In this document: positions 9,052-16,254 of the stretch, in pieces
How the letters are laid out: each line of letters starts with the position of its first letter
How positions within the stretch are numbered: the stretch's first letter is position 1
Program-made: the position numbers and the translations under genes
DNA from: Candidatus Thorarchaeota archaeon
GTDB taxonomy: Archaea > Asgardarchaeota > Thorarchaeia > Thorarchaeales > Thorarchaeaceae
Direction of reading: 5' to 3'
Length of the DNA: 19,963 nt
Assembly: GCA_016839605.1 (NCBI GenBank)
Contig: JAEOTX010000116.1
Span: forward strand, 1 to 19,963
The notes under the pieces: generated by a model
Seen by the model: the letters and a program-made list of their open reading frames with translations, nothing else
What the model was told of the DNA's origin: nothing
The model's database searches: none

Positions 9052-10236
9052 TCACTTCGATCCTGATATTGGCACCAACCGTGTGTTCACAAAGTCTTCC
9101 AACTCTCTCGCTCGCTCTGAAATTATATTATCATACTTAGCATGGACTTTCTGAAATAACCTGTAACTAATTCGGTATTCCTTTCCATTTTTCTCAAGTT
9201 CCCAACGGCCTACCACTTCGCCATCAATCCAGATTGTAGGTCTAATCTCACCTGACACGTTTGTCGCACCTGTCACCTTCGCATCTGGCGAGGGAGGGAT
9301 ACAATCTGGGGGCCAATAATGCTTCCTTAATTTTGGAAAGACACGTGCTTTCATCTCGTCATCTAGATACCATGAACGGTCAATGAATGCCTTTGGCAAG
9401 TGATCCTCATAGGGGAGAAACCATACAAGTGAATCCGTCGGACTCTCAAGGGAAGAAGCACGGTCAAAGTCACTTGAGGTCATCAGCTTGGTCTTCCCAG
9501 CCATGTCAATCTGTACAGTGTCTTCCCCGAATGTTTCAACAGCGGCCTTTGTTCGAGTTTTTGTTGTGGGGAGCCACCAAGATATATCATCGATAGACAC
9601 TGGACCAAATCGTTCGATATACTTGAGAATGACTTGGTCGAGGGCATCATCCTCAGAAGTATCATCCAAATGGAATCCTTTGACCCATTTCTCTAGAAGT
9701 GCATATGCTGTAGTTGAATTTCGTGCATGACTAGCAGTAGCGCGAATCACTTTGCCGGATGTTGCCGCTAGATGAAACAGAGGCCGTATCTGTCTGGCAT
9801 GTTCAGGGACCAGTTTCTTGATCTCTCGCATCGTTTTCGGACCGTTCTCTAGCGTTGCGAGGATGGACTCCTTCAATGATTCGATTTCTTGGTCACTGAG
9901 GTGTCTGATATCTGGATGCTGCCGCATCTTCTTGTAGAATGAAACTCTGGTGGCATGAATCACCGTTGAAAGATTGTCAATATGCACGACATGGACCGTT
10001 CCCCTGAAGGCATTGAGCCTTAACAGACGGTCACCAGTGTTCAAAGACTTGAATACTGCTTCTGCATCGTAGTCTCCTATCCTTGCCCAGACTGAGAGAT
10101 ATGGGGTCCAATAGTCAGTTGAGTGAAGGCCCAACTGAGTCTTGGCAATTTCATAGAAGTCAGGTCGCTTCTTGTCAAATGCATGCTGCTTTCTCAGGTG
10201 ATTCAGACGGACCTGTTCCACAGTCAATTCCTTCAA
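9052..10236 (-). CDS. AlkZ/YcaQ-like (HTH_42, winged-helix) DNA glycosylase family protein
   Basis: GLHSTDYWTPYLSVWARI, RGTVHVV, YIERFGPVSIDDISWW, FLPYED and PTIWIDGEVVGRW are all typical HTH_42 motifs. TTG start. Confidence 0.85.
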   Translation of the reverse strand: MKELTVEQVRLNHLRKQHAFDKKRPDFYEIAKTQLGLHSTDYWTPYLSVWARIGDYDAEAVFKSLNTGDRLLRLNAFRGTVHVVHIDNLSTVIHATRVSFYKKMRQHPDIRHLSDQEIESLKESILATLENGPKTMREIKKLVPEHARQIRPLFHLAATSGKVIRATASHARNSTTAYALLEKWVKGFHLDDTSEDDALDQVILKYIERFGPVSIDDISWWLPTTKTRTKAAVETFGEDTVQIDMAGKTKLMTSSDFDRASSLESPTDSLVWFLPYEDHLPKAFIDRSWYLDDEMKARVFPKLRKHYWPPDCIPPSPDAKVTGATNVSGEIRPTIWIDGEVVGRWELEKNGKEYRISYRLFQKVHAKYDNIISERARELEDFVNTRLVPISGSK

Positions 10237-10352
10237 AGAAATAACCCCTTGAGTTCTTGCTGTCCTTACAACATATGAATTAGACTGCGAATATCAAAGC
10301 AAAATGAGATATGAATTAATCAAGAAATCCTCTACTTCTATAGCCTAAGACA

Positions 10353-10407
10353 CCCGTTTACGGCAAATCCACTCGTAAACGGGGCGGCCTGATTTTGCCG
10401 AGTAAAC
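10353..10407. repeat. Overlapping inverted repeats (GTTTAC/GTAAAC) just after the stop of the 77-aa gene
   Basis: CCCGTTTACG (10353-10362) / CGTAAACGGG (10374-10383) is a perfect 10-bp pair. The same left arm GTTTAC-GGCAAA-TC also pairs with GATTTTGCC-GA-GTAAAC (10391-10407). Confidence 0.7.
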
Positions 10408-10408
10408 T

Positions 10409-10642
10409 CTACCTTGCAGCGCCGATGATTAGAAGCAGAACACCTAGCACTATAAGTATCAACATAATCTCTGTGAAGAGATATCCTGCAAGCTCAATCG
10501 AGTAGAGATTAAGCATAGTGAATAGGTCAGTTATCACTGGTAAACTGATCCCAGCTAGTCCTAGGATAATTGGTAGAAGCCCGAAGATTATCAGGATTAA
10601 TCCAAGAAGTGCCATTCCTTTACCCATGAGTTTCATCTCCAT
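10409..10642 (-). CDS. Small two-helix membrane protein, hypothetical
   Basis: Two long hydrophobic stretches. A TTTATA box lies 28 nt upstream on the minus strand. The start Met is ambiguous. Confidence 0.7.
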   Translation of the reverse strand: MEMKLMGKGMALLGLILIIFGLLPIILGLAGISLPVITDLFTMLNLYSIELAGYLFTEIMLILIVLGVLLLIIGAAR

Positions 10643-10669
10643 GTGGATACTCTTCCTTTGTACTGCCGC

Positions 10670-10675
10670 TATAAA
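10670..10675 (-). promoter_or_regulatory. TATA box (TTTATA) for the 77-aa membrane protein gene
   Basis: Matches the archaeal TATA consensus at appropriate spacing from ATG 10642. Confidence 0.5.
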
Positions 10676-10734
10676 TAGATATGTAGGCTTTGGAAGGGAA
10701 TTCTGAATGCATATCTAAGCTATACATTCATGCA

Positions 10735-11187
10735 CTATTCAAGACCTGTGATTGTGATTGGACCCTTTGCGTCAGAGTAGCCTCTTACCTCTACAATTCT
10801 AGCTCCAATGCCTCCCGCAGCACCACTCAAAAACCAGATCTGATAGATGGCGGAAACGTAAGTCATGTTGGTTAATGGGCTCCAGCCCAGGCTAACTCCA
10901 AGGCTACTCCAAACAAGCATATCCACGGCTGAAGTAAGAATCATGAAAATGATTCCCGCTGACATGCCTTTGACTAAAGCGCACATTTGGAATCTGAGGC
11001 TGCACCCACCGCCAACAAGATTCCTGTAGGTTATTGGAATTATGACAAGTGGGACTCCAATGAGATATACGCCCCAATAGTACGGATCCCCTACTAATAT
11101 CGTGACAATCAGGAGAGAAACATACAAGGGAATCCAGTATTTTGGAATCCATAACCAAGACTTGATCTCTTCAAATGCCTCCAACAT
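10735..11187 (-). CDS. Hypothetical integral membrane protein (~4 TM helices)
   Basis: 150-aa ORF with four hydrophobic segments and a GGGCSLRFQMCAL loop. It fills the gap between neighbouring features. Confidence 0.75.
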   Translation of the reverse strand: MLEAFEEIKSWLWIPKYWIPLYVSLLIVTILVGDPYYWGVYLIGVPLVIIPITYRNLVGGGCSLRFQMCALVKGMSAGIIFMILTSAVDMLVWSSLGVSLGWSPLTNMTYVSAIYQIWFLSGAAGGIGARIVEVRGYSDAKGPITITGLE

Positions 11188-11307
11188 GAATCACTGAGTC
11201 TATGGGGTTGATTTTTCCTTAATCATATCTTGGGTTGCTACCAGCTGCACCAGACTTGGACAGAGCTGGACACTTATTAGATGGCTGTTTGAGATAATTT
11301 GAACGGG

Positions 11308-11315
11308 CTTATATG
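11308..11315 (+). promoter_or_regulatory. Putative TATA box (cTTATATg) upstream of the candidate ncRNA
   Basis: TTATAT at 11309-11314 is preceded by purine-rich gaacggg, about 25 nt before the first helix of the structured region. No + strand ORF follows. Confidence 0.45.
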
Positions 11316-11337
11316 CTTCGAGCCATCAACACTAATC

Positions 11338-11645
11338 TGAGGCAGACCTGACACCAAAGAGGCCTCACAGAGTCGCCCCAGTGCCGTTTCTGGGAGCACT
11401 TCACTCTGGTGTCCAAGATTGTGCAACTTACAATGAACGGTGTGGCAATTCATGAACGAGTAAAACAGCAACGTCAAAAGGTGCCGTGTCATAGACGGGG
11501 GTGACCTAATCCACGGTTCTAAAGGAGAGTCCTTTAATCCGGAATCAGAAGGAGGAAGATTTCGGAATCGTGATAATAATGCGCCTTTCTGTTATCAGGA
11601 CCGTCTTTGAACCGTGGACGGTCACGCCTATACCATTGGTCTATT
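11338..11645 (+). ncRNA. Candidate ~300-nt structured non-coding RNA of unknown family
   Basis: Hand-found helices: TGAGGC/GCCTCA, GACACCA/TGGTGTC, GAGT/ACTC, CCCAG/CTGGG, ATTGT/ACAAT, GTGACC/GGTCAC, TCCACGGTTC/GAACCGTGGA, TAAAGGA/TCCTTTA, TCCGGAATC/GATTTCGGA and TGATAATA/TGTTATCA. The wobble pairs are G-U on the + strand. It occupies the only large non-coding gap. The ends are approximate. Confidence 0.6.
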
Positions 11646-11660
11646 CCTAAAAAAGGAGGA
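11645..11660 (-). terminator. Oligo-T terminator for the histidine phosphatase gene
   Basis: The minus strand reads tcctccTTTTTTagga about 35 nt after the stop codon at 11688. Confidence 0.4.
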
Positions 11661-11687
11661 ATATCTGCGCATTTTATTGCCTTGGTT

Positions 11688-12392
11688 TCAAACCTTCATA
11701 TTCTCTGCAGTTCGTGCATCAAATACAAATACTTGGTTCTTGATCAATGATAATCCGAACCCTCCGAGATAGGGGGGTCTCTGATCATCGCGTGCTTCCT
11801 CTTTCATAAACGTCTTTCTTGCGCCCATCAGGAACAAATCATGAGTCACAAGGATGTGCATCAAACCTGGTTCTGATGCTCTGAGTATGTCCACTGTTCC
11901 GTTTGTGACTCTATTAGTGAATTCTTCAAACGGCTCAATTCCATCGCCTAACTCTCCCCTTCCCCAAGAAGTTACAAAGCTAGCAACTCCAACGCCATCG
12001 TCACCGACTTTCTCCCAGAGCTGTGTGTCAGTGACAATAGGTCCCAACAGCAAGAATAATGGTTTCACAGATTGCACATTGCCGCCATTCTGTCTGATTC
12101 CCTCAGCGATTTCTTCGGCAGTCTGTTTGCACCTTGGAATCGGGCTATGAAAAATCCTTACGGATCTGCTGGTCGGGAGTCTTCGACCGAATTCTCCTGC
12201 CATGGCTTCACCCAAAGACGTGATGCCGGTTTGAGACATCTCATCCAGACTGCGGATTGCTACTCGGTGCGAATGACGAACAAGTAGCATGAGTGGCCCT
12301 TTCTCTGCAATCGAGTTGGACCAAGCAGTTAGATTCCTTGCGTCTACAAGCCAGTCTTGAGTGTCCCATTCATCCAAATTGCTTGTCAACAT
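11688..12392 (-). CDS. Histidine phosphatase (phosphoglycerate mutase-like) family protein
   Basis: LLVRHS (RHG-type motif), IT..GE..A, HSPIPRCKQTA and ILVTHD. Confidence 0.88.
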   Translation of the reverse strand: MLTSNLDEWDTQDWLVDARNLTAWSNSIAEKGPLMLLVRHSHRVAIRSLDEMSQTGITSLGEAMAGEFGRRLPTSRSVRIFHSPIPRCKQTAEEIAEGIRQNGGNVQSVKPLFLLLGPIVTDTQLWEKVGDDGVGVASFVTSWGRGELGDGIEPFEEFTNRVTNGTVDILRASEPGLMHILVTHDLFLMGARKTFMKEEARDDQRPPYLGGFGLSLIKNQVFVFDARTAENMKV

Positions 12393-12472
12393 GATTCGTC
12401 CTGATTCAATGAGTCCGTTCTATTCGTTCATATTTTGCTTATGCTATCCATATAACTAGTTACTGCCCCTCT

Positions 12473-13213
12473 TCATGGAAATTTCTCAAGAAGAGCTTTG
12501 ATATGATTGATAACCAACAGGTCTGGTGGCGCGTTCTTGGCTTCATCTGGGCGATTCCAAGTGATTAGAATTGGGAGCATTTGAGCCTTACGCGCTGCCT
12601 CAACATCTAGTTCTATAAAATCCCCAATAAATGCACATCTCATTGGGTTGATACCCATGTGCCTGGCTATCTTGAGAAGCATATACGGTGATGGTTTCTT
12701 GTATCCTGGAACCATTGAGTGTTCCACAGTGACAAAGAGATCCAGAATTGAGTCTCTCTTGAGAATCCCCGAAGGGTCCTCCCAACGATTTGAGGCCAGC
12801 CCAAGCTTATATTCCCTTGAATGAAGCTCTTCCAGTACTTCCTTGCATTCAGGAATGAGAGCGGACTGCCACGGAATCACTGTTGCCTCCCATTTCTCAG
12901 TTATCTCGTTAGCCAATCTATCAAGATCCTTATTCACTCCGAGAGAACTGAGAAGTTTTTTTCCATACTCCACCCATAGTTCATGAGACGGGCTCCATCT
13001 TGATGGGACACCTTCTGCAATCATGAACTCGTTCAACCATGTTCTTGCGGCTTGATACGCCAGTCCTAGTTCTTGATCCGAACAATTCGCCAATTCGTCA
13101 AGCCTCATTTCTTTGAGCCATATACGAGTCAATTTAGAAACCCAAACATCAGAACGATAAAGGGTGTCATCAAGGTCAAAGATGATACCTTTGATCATGT
13201 CAAGAGACGTCAT
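12473..13213 (-). CDS. HAD-superfamily hydrolase (subfamily IA)
   Basis: Motif I IIFDLDDTL, motif II LASN, motif III KP, motif IV FIGD...DVEAA. The likely start is ATG 13213 or 13198; the ORF extends to 13258. Confidence 0.9.
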   Translation of the reverse strand: MTSLDMIKGIIFDLDDTLYRSDVWVSKLTRIWLKEMRLDELANCSDQELGLAYQAARTWLNEFMIAEGVPSRWSPSHELWVEYGKKLLSSLGVNKDLDRLANEITEKWEATVIPWQSALIPECKEVLEELHSREYKLGLASNRWEDPSGILKRDSILDLFVTVEHSMVPGYKKPSPYMLLKIARHMGINPMRCAFIGDFIELDVEAARKAQMLPILITWNRPDEAKNAPPDLLVINHIKALLEKFP

Positions 13214-13345
13214 CGCATGTGAATCGGGACCTAGCTGCCTAATCAACGTTCTCTGCAATCAGGAGCATCACAGATAATCTGACGATGCTATGAGACAACT
13301 CTTCTTGTGAGCTTTTATAGTCGAGAGGCATCCAATTTCCTGCCG

Positions 13346-14263
13346 GTGATTAACTTGGACCTGATAGACAAAGGCATTCTGTCTGATTTGCTGAATAATT
13401 GCAGAATTACATATGAGGACCTGTCCCGAAGGCACGGGATTTCTGCAAATGCAGTCAAGAAAAGGGTCCTGAAATTAGAAGAGTCAGGTGTTATCGATCA
13501 CTACTCCATTCGATTATCCCTCGCAATGTTGGATGCTCAGTATCTATTTGGCCTACTTCAGACAGACGGGTCCCAGGACGAAGAGGTCTTTGTTAACAAA
13601 ATAGGCGATAGTCCTTCAATTGTTGCTGCAGCTGCATATAGTGATGGTCATTACGCTCTAGTTGCAGAATATATCAGCACAGTGGAGTTGATGGAACTGG
13701 GCACGTATTTGAGGACCCTTGATGGAGTGGAGGATGTCGAACTCCATACACTGGTATCAAAGAGAGGAGCAAAGACGGATTTGAGCACTAATCACCTCAA
13801 GGCCCTTTACTATCTTCGAGATAATCCTAGAATCAGTATTGTCGACCTCGCCCGAGAGAGCGGCATGACTGCGAGACGTGTGAGGCGCCTAGTCACAGAG
13901 CTTGTTGAAGGTGACAGCGTCTTTTTCACTGCCAATTTGGAGCTTGGAGAAGCGGGGAGTATTCCTTTTCTGGCAAGAGTAGCATGGAATGAGCGGAATA
14001 CAGAATACGAATCTGTCATCGAATGGCTCATGAGTAAATATCCTGACTCACTATGGGAGTGGTATATTTCTGTTTCAGAACCTGTTATCTTCTGTCTATT
14101 CACGGCTGAAGACCTGAACGAGATGAATTCTAAGGCGAGGGAGATACGCCAGCAGGACTTTGTTGATCGCGTAAAGGTGATAGTATCGTCCTATCATGAT
14201 GGCTTTGGGGGTCCGAGAAGCCGCCGATTGGATGAGCTGATTCAAGAGGTCCTCAAGAAATAG
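13346..14263 (+). CDS. Tandem (double) Lrp/AsnC-family transcriptional regulator
   Basis: Two AsnC-type wHTH units (LDLIDKGILSDLLNNCRITYEDLSRRHGISANAVKKRVLKLEESGVI and LKALYYLRDNPRISIVDLARESGMTARRVRRLV), each followed by a RAM-like domain. Likely GTG start at 13346; the ORF begins at 13307. Confidence 0.88.
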   Translation: MINLDLIDKGILSDLLNNCRITYEDLSRRHGISANAVKKRVLKLEESGVIDHYSIRLSLAMLDAQYLFGLLQTDGSQDEEVFVNKIGDSPSIVAAAAYSDGHYALVAEYISTVELMELGTYLRTLDGVEDVELHTLVSKRGAKTDLSTNHLKALYYLRDNPRISIVDLARESGMTARRVRRLVTELVEGDSVFFTANLELGEAGSIPFLARVAWNERNTEYESVIEWLMSKYPDSLWEWYISVSEPVIFCLFTAEDLNEMNSKAREIRQQDFVDRVKVIVSSYHDGFGGPRSRRLDELIQEVLKK

Positions 14264-16128
14264 CTCTCATTGGTCAATGGCGCATCGAACTCTCCCAGGT
14301 CGTCACCATAGATCTCCTCGTAGACTGATATAGTGGTGCTCTCCTTATCTGGGGGCCGTACAAGCAATCTGAGACCTCCTGCAATCCTAGAGAGACCGCC
14401 GCTCTTCCATAGATAGAAGATGAGCCACGCTCCTAGAATCCAAAAGTATACGAATCTATAGCACACGAATGCAATCCAAGAGAGGACAATAGGGACAATA
14501 TGATGTCTTTTGAAACCAGAATCTTCTTGTTTCATCTCAAGATTCTGGTAGTCATATAATATCGACACAAACGGTGCTAGGGCGAGTAGATAGAACTTGT
14601 AAGCTCCTCGTGGATAGAACAGCTGGACACACATCACTGCTACAAATCCCCAGAGAAGAGCCTGAGTGACAAGCTCTTTTACACGTCCTTGTGTATCTTG
14701 AGGTTTAAAGATAGCAAAAGTGCCGTAGACCACAAGTGCACAGATTATCAAAAAGACATAGTTTACCAAGAGGAGTGCTATCATGTCTGTAAACCACGAT
14801 GGTGCTCCAAGCCAGAGGAAGAAAGTATTGAGGTGGACAGTCATCCAAAGGTCTGGGATGAATGTACGAAGAGTGTCATAGTTCCCTGTGTTCCAGAAGA
14901 GCATCTGGTTCAGGTACTGCTCTGGACTTACAATGAGGAAGGGCACTGACACAAGGAAAACGATGCCTGCATAGATTATTGTGTGCTTGATGAACCCTCG
15001 TACATTGTCAAGCTTTTTGCCTCCTAGCCGCTTCTTCAGCAAGACAATGGAGAGGATTGGAAAGAAGACCACAGCCAGCTGTTTGTATAGGGTGGCAACC
15101 GCAATTGCTGCAATAGAAAGTTCTTCTCTCTCGGTTAACGCGAGATAGAATGAGACCATTGTGAAGAAGACATAGGGAGTAGGATTCAACCACATGAAAC
15201 TGCCATAGAACAGTGTGAAGGGATTGAGGAGATACAGAATCATTGCATAGATAGGATATTTCTCCTCATGCGATATTGATTTGGCAATCATATACACGAA
15301 ATAGCCTGTTCCAACATTGAAAGCGAAAAGCGGCACGCCTGGTAACCAAGATGGCACACTACCAAGAATGGATACCGTGTAAATCCACATGGGTGGATAG
15401 AGATAGATCGCGAGCTCGCTCGAATATGCCCACGCCCCCTCTCTCAGTGATGGTACCCATGAGAGATAGAAGAACTGATAGTCGTTATACAGCTCCACAT
15501 GAATCAGGTCCTCGAAAATCTCAGGAAGTCCAAGACTGTATGACGCGAGGGTGAATGTGCGGAGGAAGAAGAGTATCAGATTGATACTTACTCCAATCAC
15601 AAAGTATCTCTTCCAACCTGCAAAACTCCATCCCAACGCTGCCATTATAATGAACAGCCCGGCGAAACCAATGGTGAAGGTTGGATAGAATCCAGAAGGA
15701 AGAATTACATAGTAGTACGTCCAGGAAACCAGGTCTGGACCATTATTGAAGAATACGATGTACAAATCAAGCTCTGTAGTAGGCGAGACCTCATAGCTCG
15801 TTCTCTCCCCGCTCCCAAACTGAAGAAGTGCAACTACATCTTGAATTGGAGTCCCAGAAAGATATCTCTCATATTCCGTTGATGTGAGCAAGTATCCGGT
15901 GGTGTTCTCAGCTAGATATTGCTCTGGAGGTAGCATCTCTATTCCAAATTCGTAGTCTGCGTCACCTAGTTCCATGAAGATATGATCAGTGGCACTGCTT
16001 GAGCCCTCAACGATTACATTGAATCCACTTCGAGTTGTTCCTGGTACAGAGAAATGCAAAGCAAATCCAGCTATGGCAATTATTATTCCCAGGACAATGA
16101 TGCCTCTTTGGGCTATCCTCCTATCCAT
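14242..16128 (-). CDS. Multi-pass GT-C fold glycosyltransferase (GT87/PIG-M-like) with extra N-terminal extracytoplasmic domain
   Basis: Many TM helices, an acidic loop motif HVELYND, then YLYPP, YLLNP, ATLYKQ..VFFP and PFL. ATG 16128 has a GGTGA RBS; the ORF extends to 16191. Confidence 0.7.
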   Translation of the reverse strand: MDRRIAQRGIIVLGIIIAIAGFALHFSVPGTTRSGFNVIVEGSSSATDHIFMELGDADYEFGIEMLPPEQYLAENTTGYLLTSTEYERYLSGTPIQDVVALLQFGSGERTSYEVSPTTELDLYIVFFNNGPDLVSWTYYYVILPSGFYPTFTIGFAGLFIIMAALGWSFAGWKRYFVIGVSINLILFFLRTFTLASYSLGLPEIFEDLIHVELYNDYQFFYLSWVPSLREGAWAYSSELAIYLYPPMWIYTVSILGSVPSWLPGVPLFAFNVGTGYFVYMIAKSISHEEKYPIYAMILYLLNPFTLFYGSFMWLNPTPYVFFTMVSFYLALTEREELSIAAIAVATLYKQLAVVFFPILSIVLLKKRLGGKKLDNVRGFIKHTIIYAGIVFLVSVPFLIVSPEQYLNQMLFWNTGNYDTLRTFIPDLWMTVHLNTFFLWLGAPSWFTDMIALLLVNYVFLIICALVVYGTFAIFKPQDTQGRVKELVTQALLWGFVAVMCVQLFYPRGAYKFYLLALAPFVSILYDYQNLEMKQEDSGFKRHHIVPIVLSWIAFVCYRFVYFWILGAWLIFYLWKSGGLSRIAGGLRLLVRPPDKESTTISVYEEIYGDDLGEFDAPLTNESYFLRTS

Positions 16129-16254
16129 GAACTCACCTGAAACCCCTGAACATACATGGGCTAATAAGAGGCTTAGGGTGCATTTCTTCAACCATTGCGC
16201 TGGTAGGTTATCTTATCTTCACCTAGCTTGAGGATGAAGAATTCTGCTCTGCTT

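Noticed and set aside
11277-11492. 71-aa minus-strand ORF in the gap
   Set aside because: No recognisable motif, atypical composition, and it overlaps the paired region.
11433-11522. Short + strand ORF MNGVAIHERVKQQRQKVPCHRRG ending in TGA (possible Sec read-through) and SECIS-like AUGA motifs
   Set aside because: There is no RBS and no selenoprotein-like context, and the AUGA motifs are not followed by a pairing helix with a 3' GA.
11367-11529. ACAGAG (11367) and AAGGAGA (11522), reminiscent of U6 and U6atac boxes
   Set aside because: Matches of 6-7 nt are expected by chance, and there is no downstream AGC triad or ISL geometry.
11481-11530. Group II intron domain-5-like segment (GTGCCGTG...GTGA...CACGGTTC)
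   Set aside because: The triad would be UGC rather than AGC/CGC, the 5' arm is about 7 nt too long, and CACGGTTC pairs better with 11609-11618. No D6 pairing, GUGYG 5' end or reverse transcriptase is present.
11338-11645. Identification as SRP RNA, RNase P RNA, 5S rRNA or tmRNA
   Set aside because: There is no SRP helix-8 motif. AAGGAGAGTCC (11522-11532) resembles RNase P CR-I but has no matching CR-V downstream, and the CR-V-like AACAGAAAGGCGC is on the opposite strand. There are no 5S conserved loops, and no T-loop/acceptor arm or plausible tag peptide. A very divergent member cannot be excluded without Infernal.
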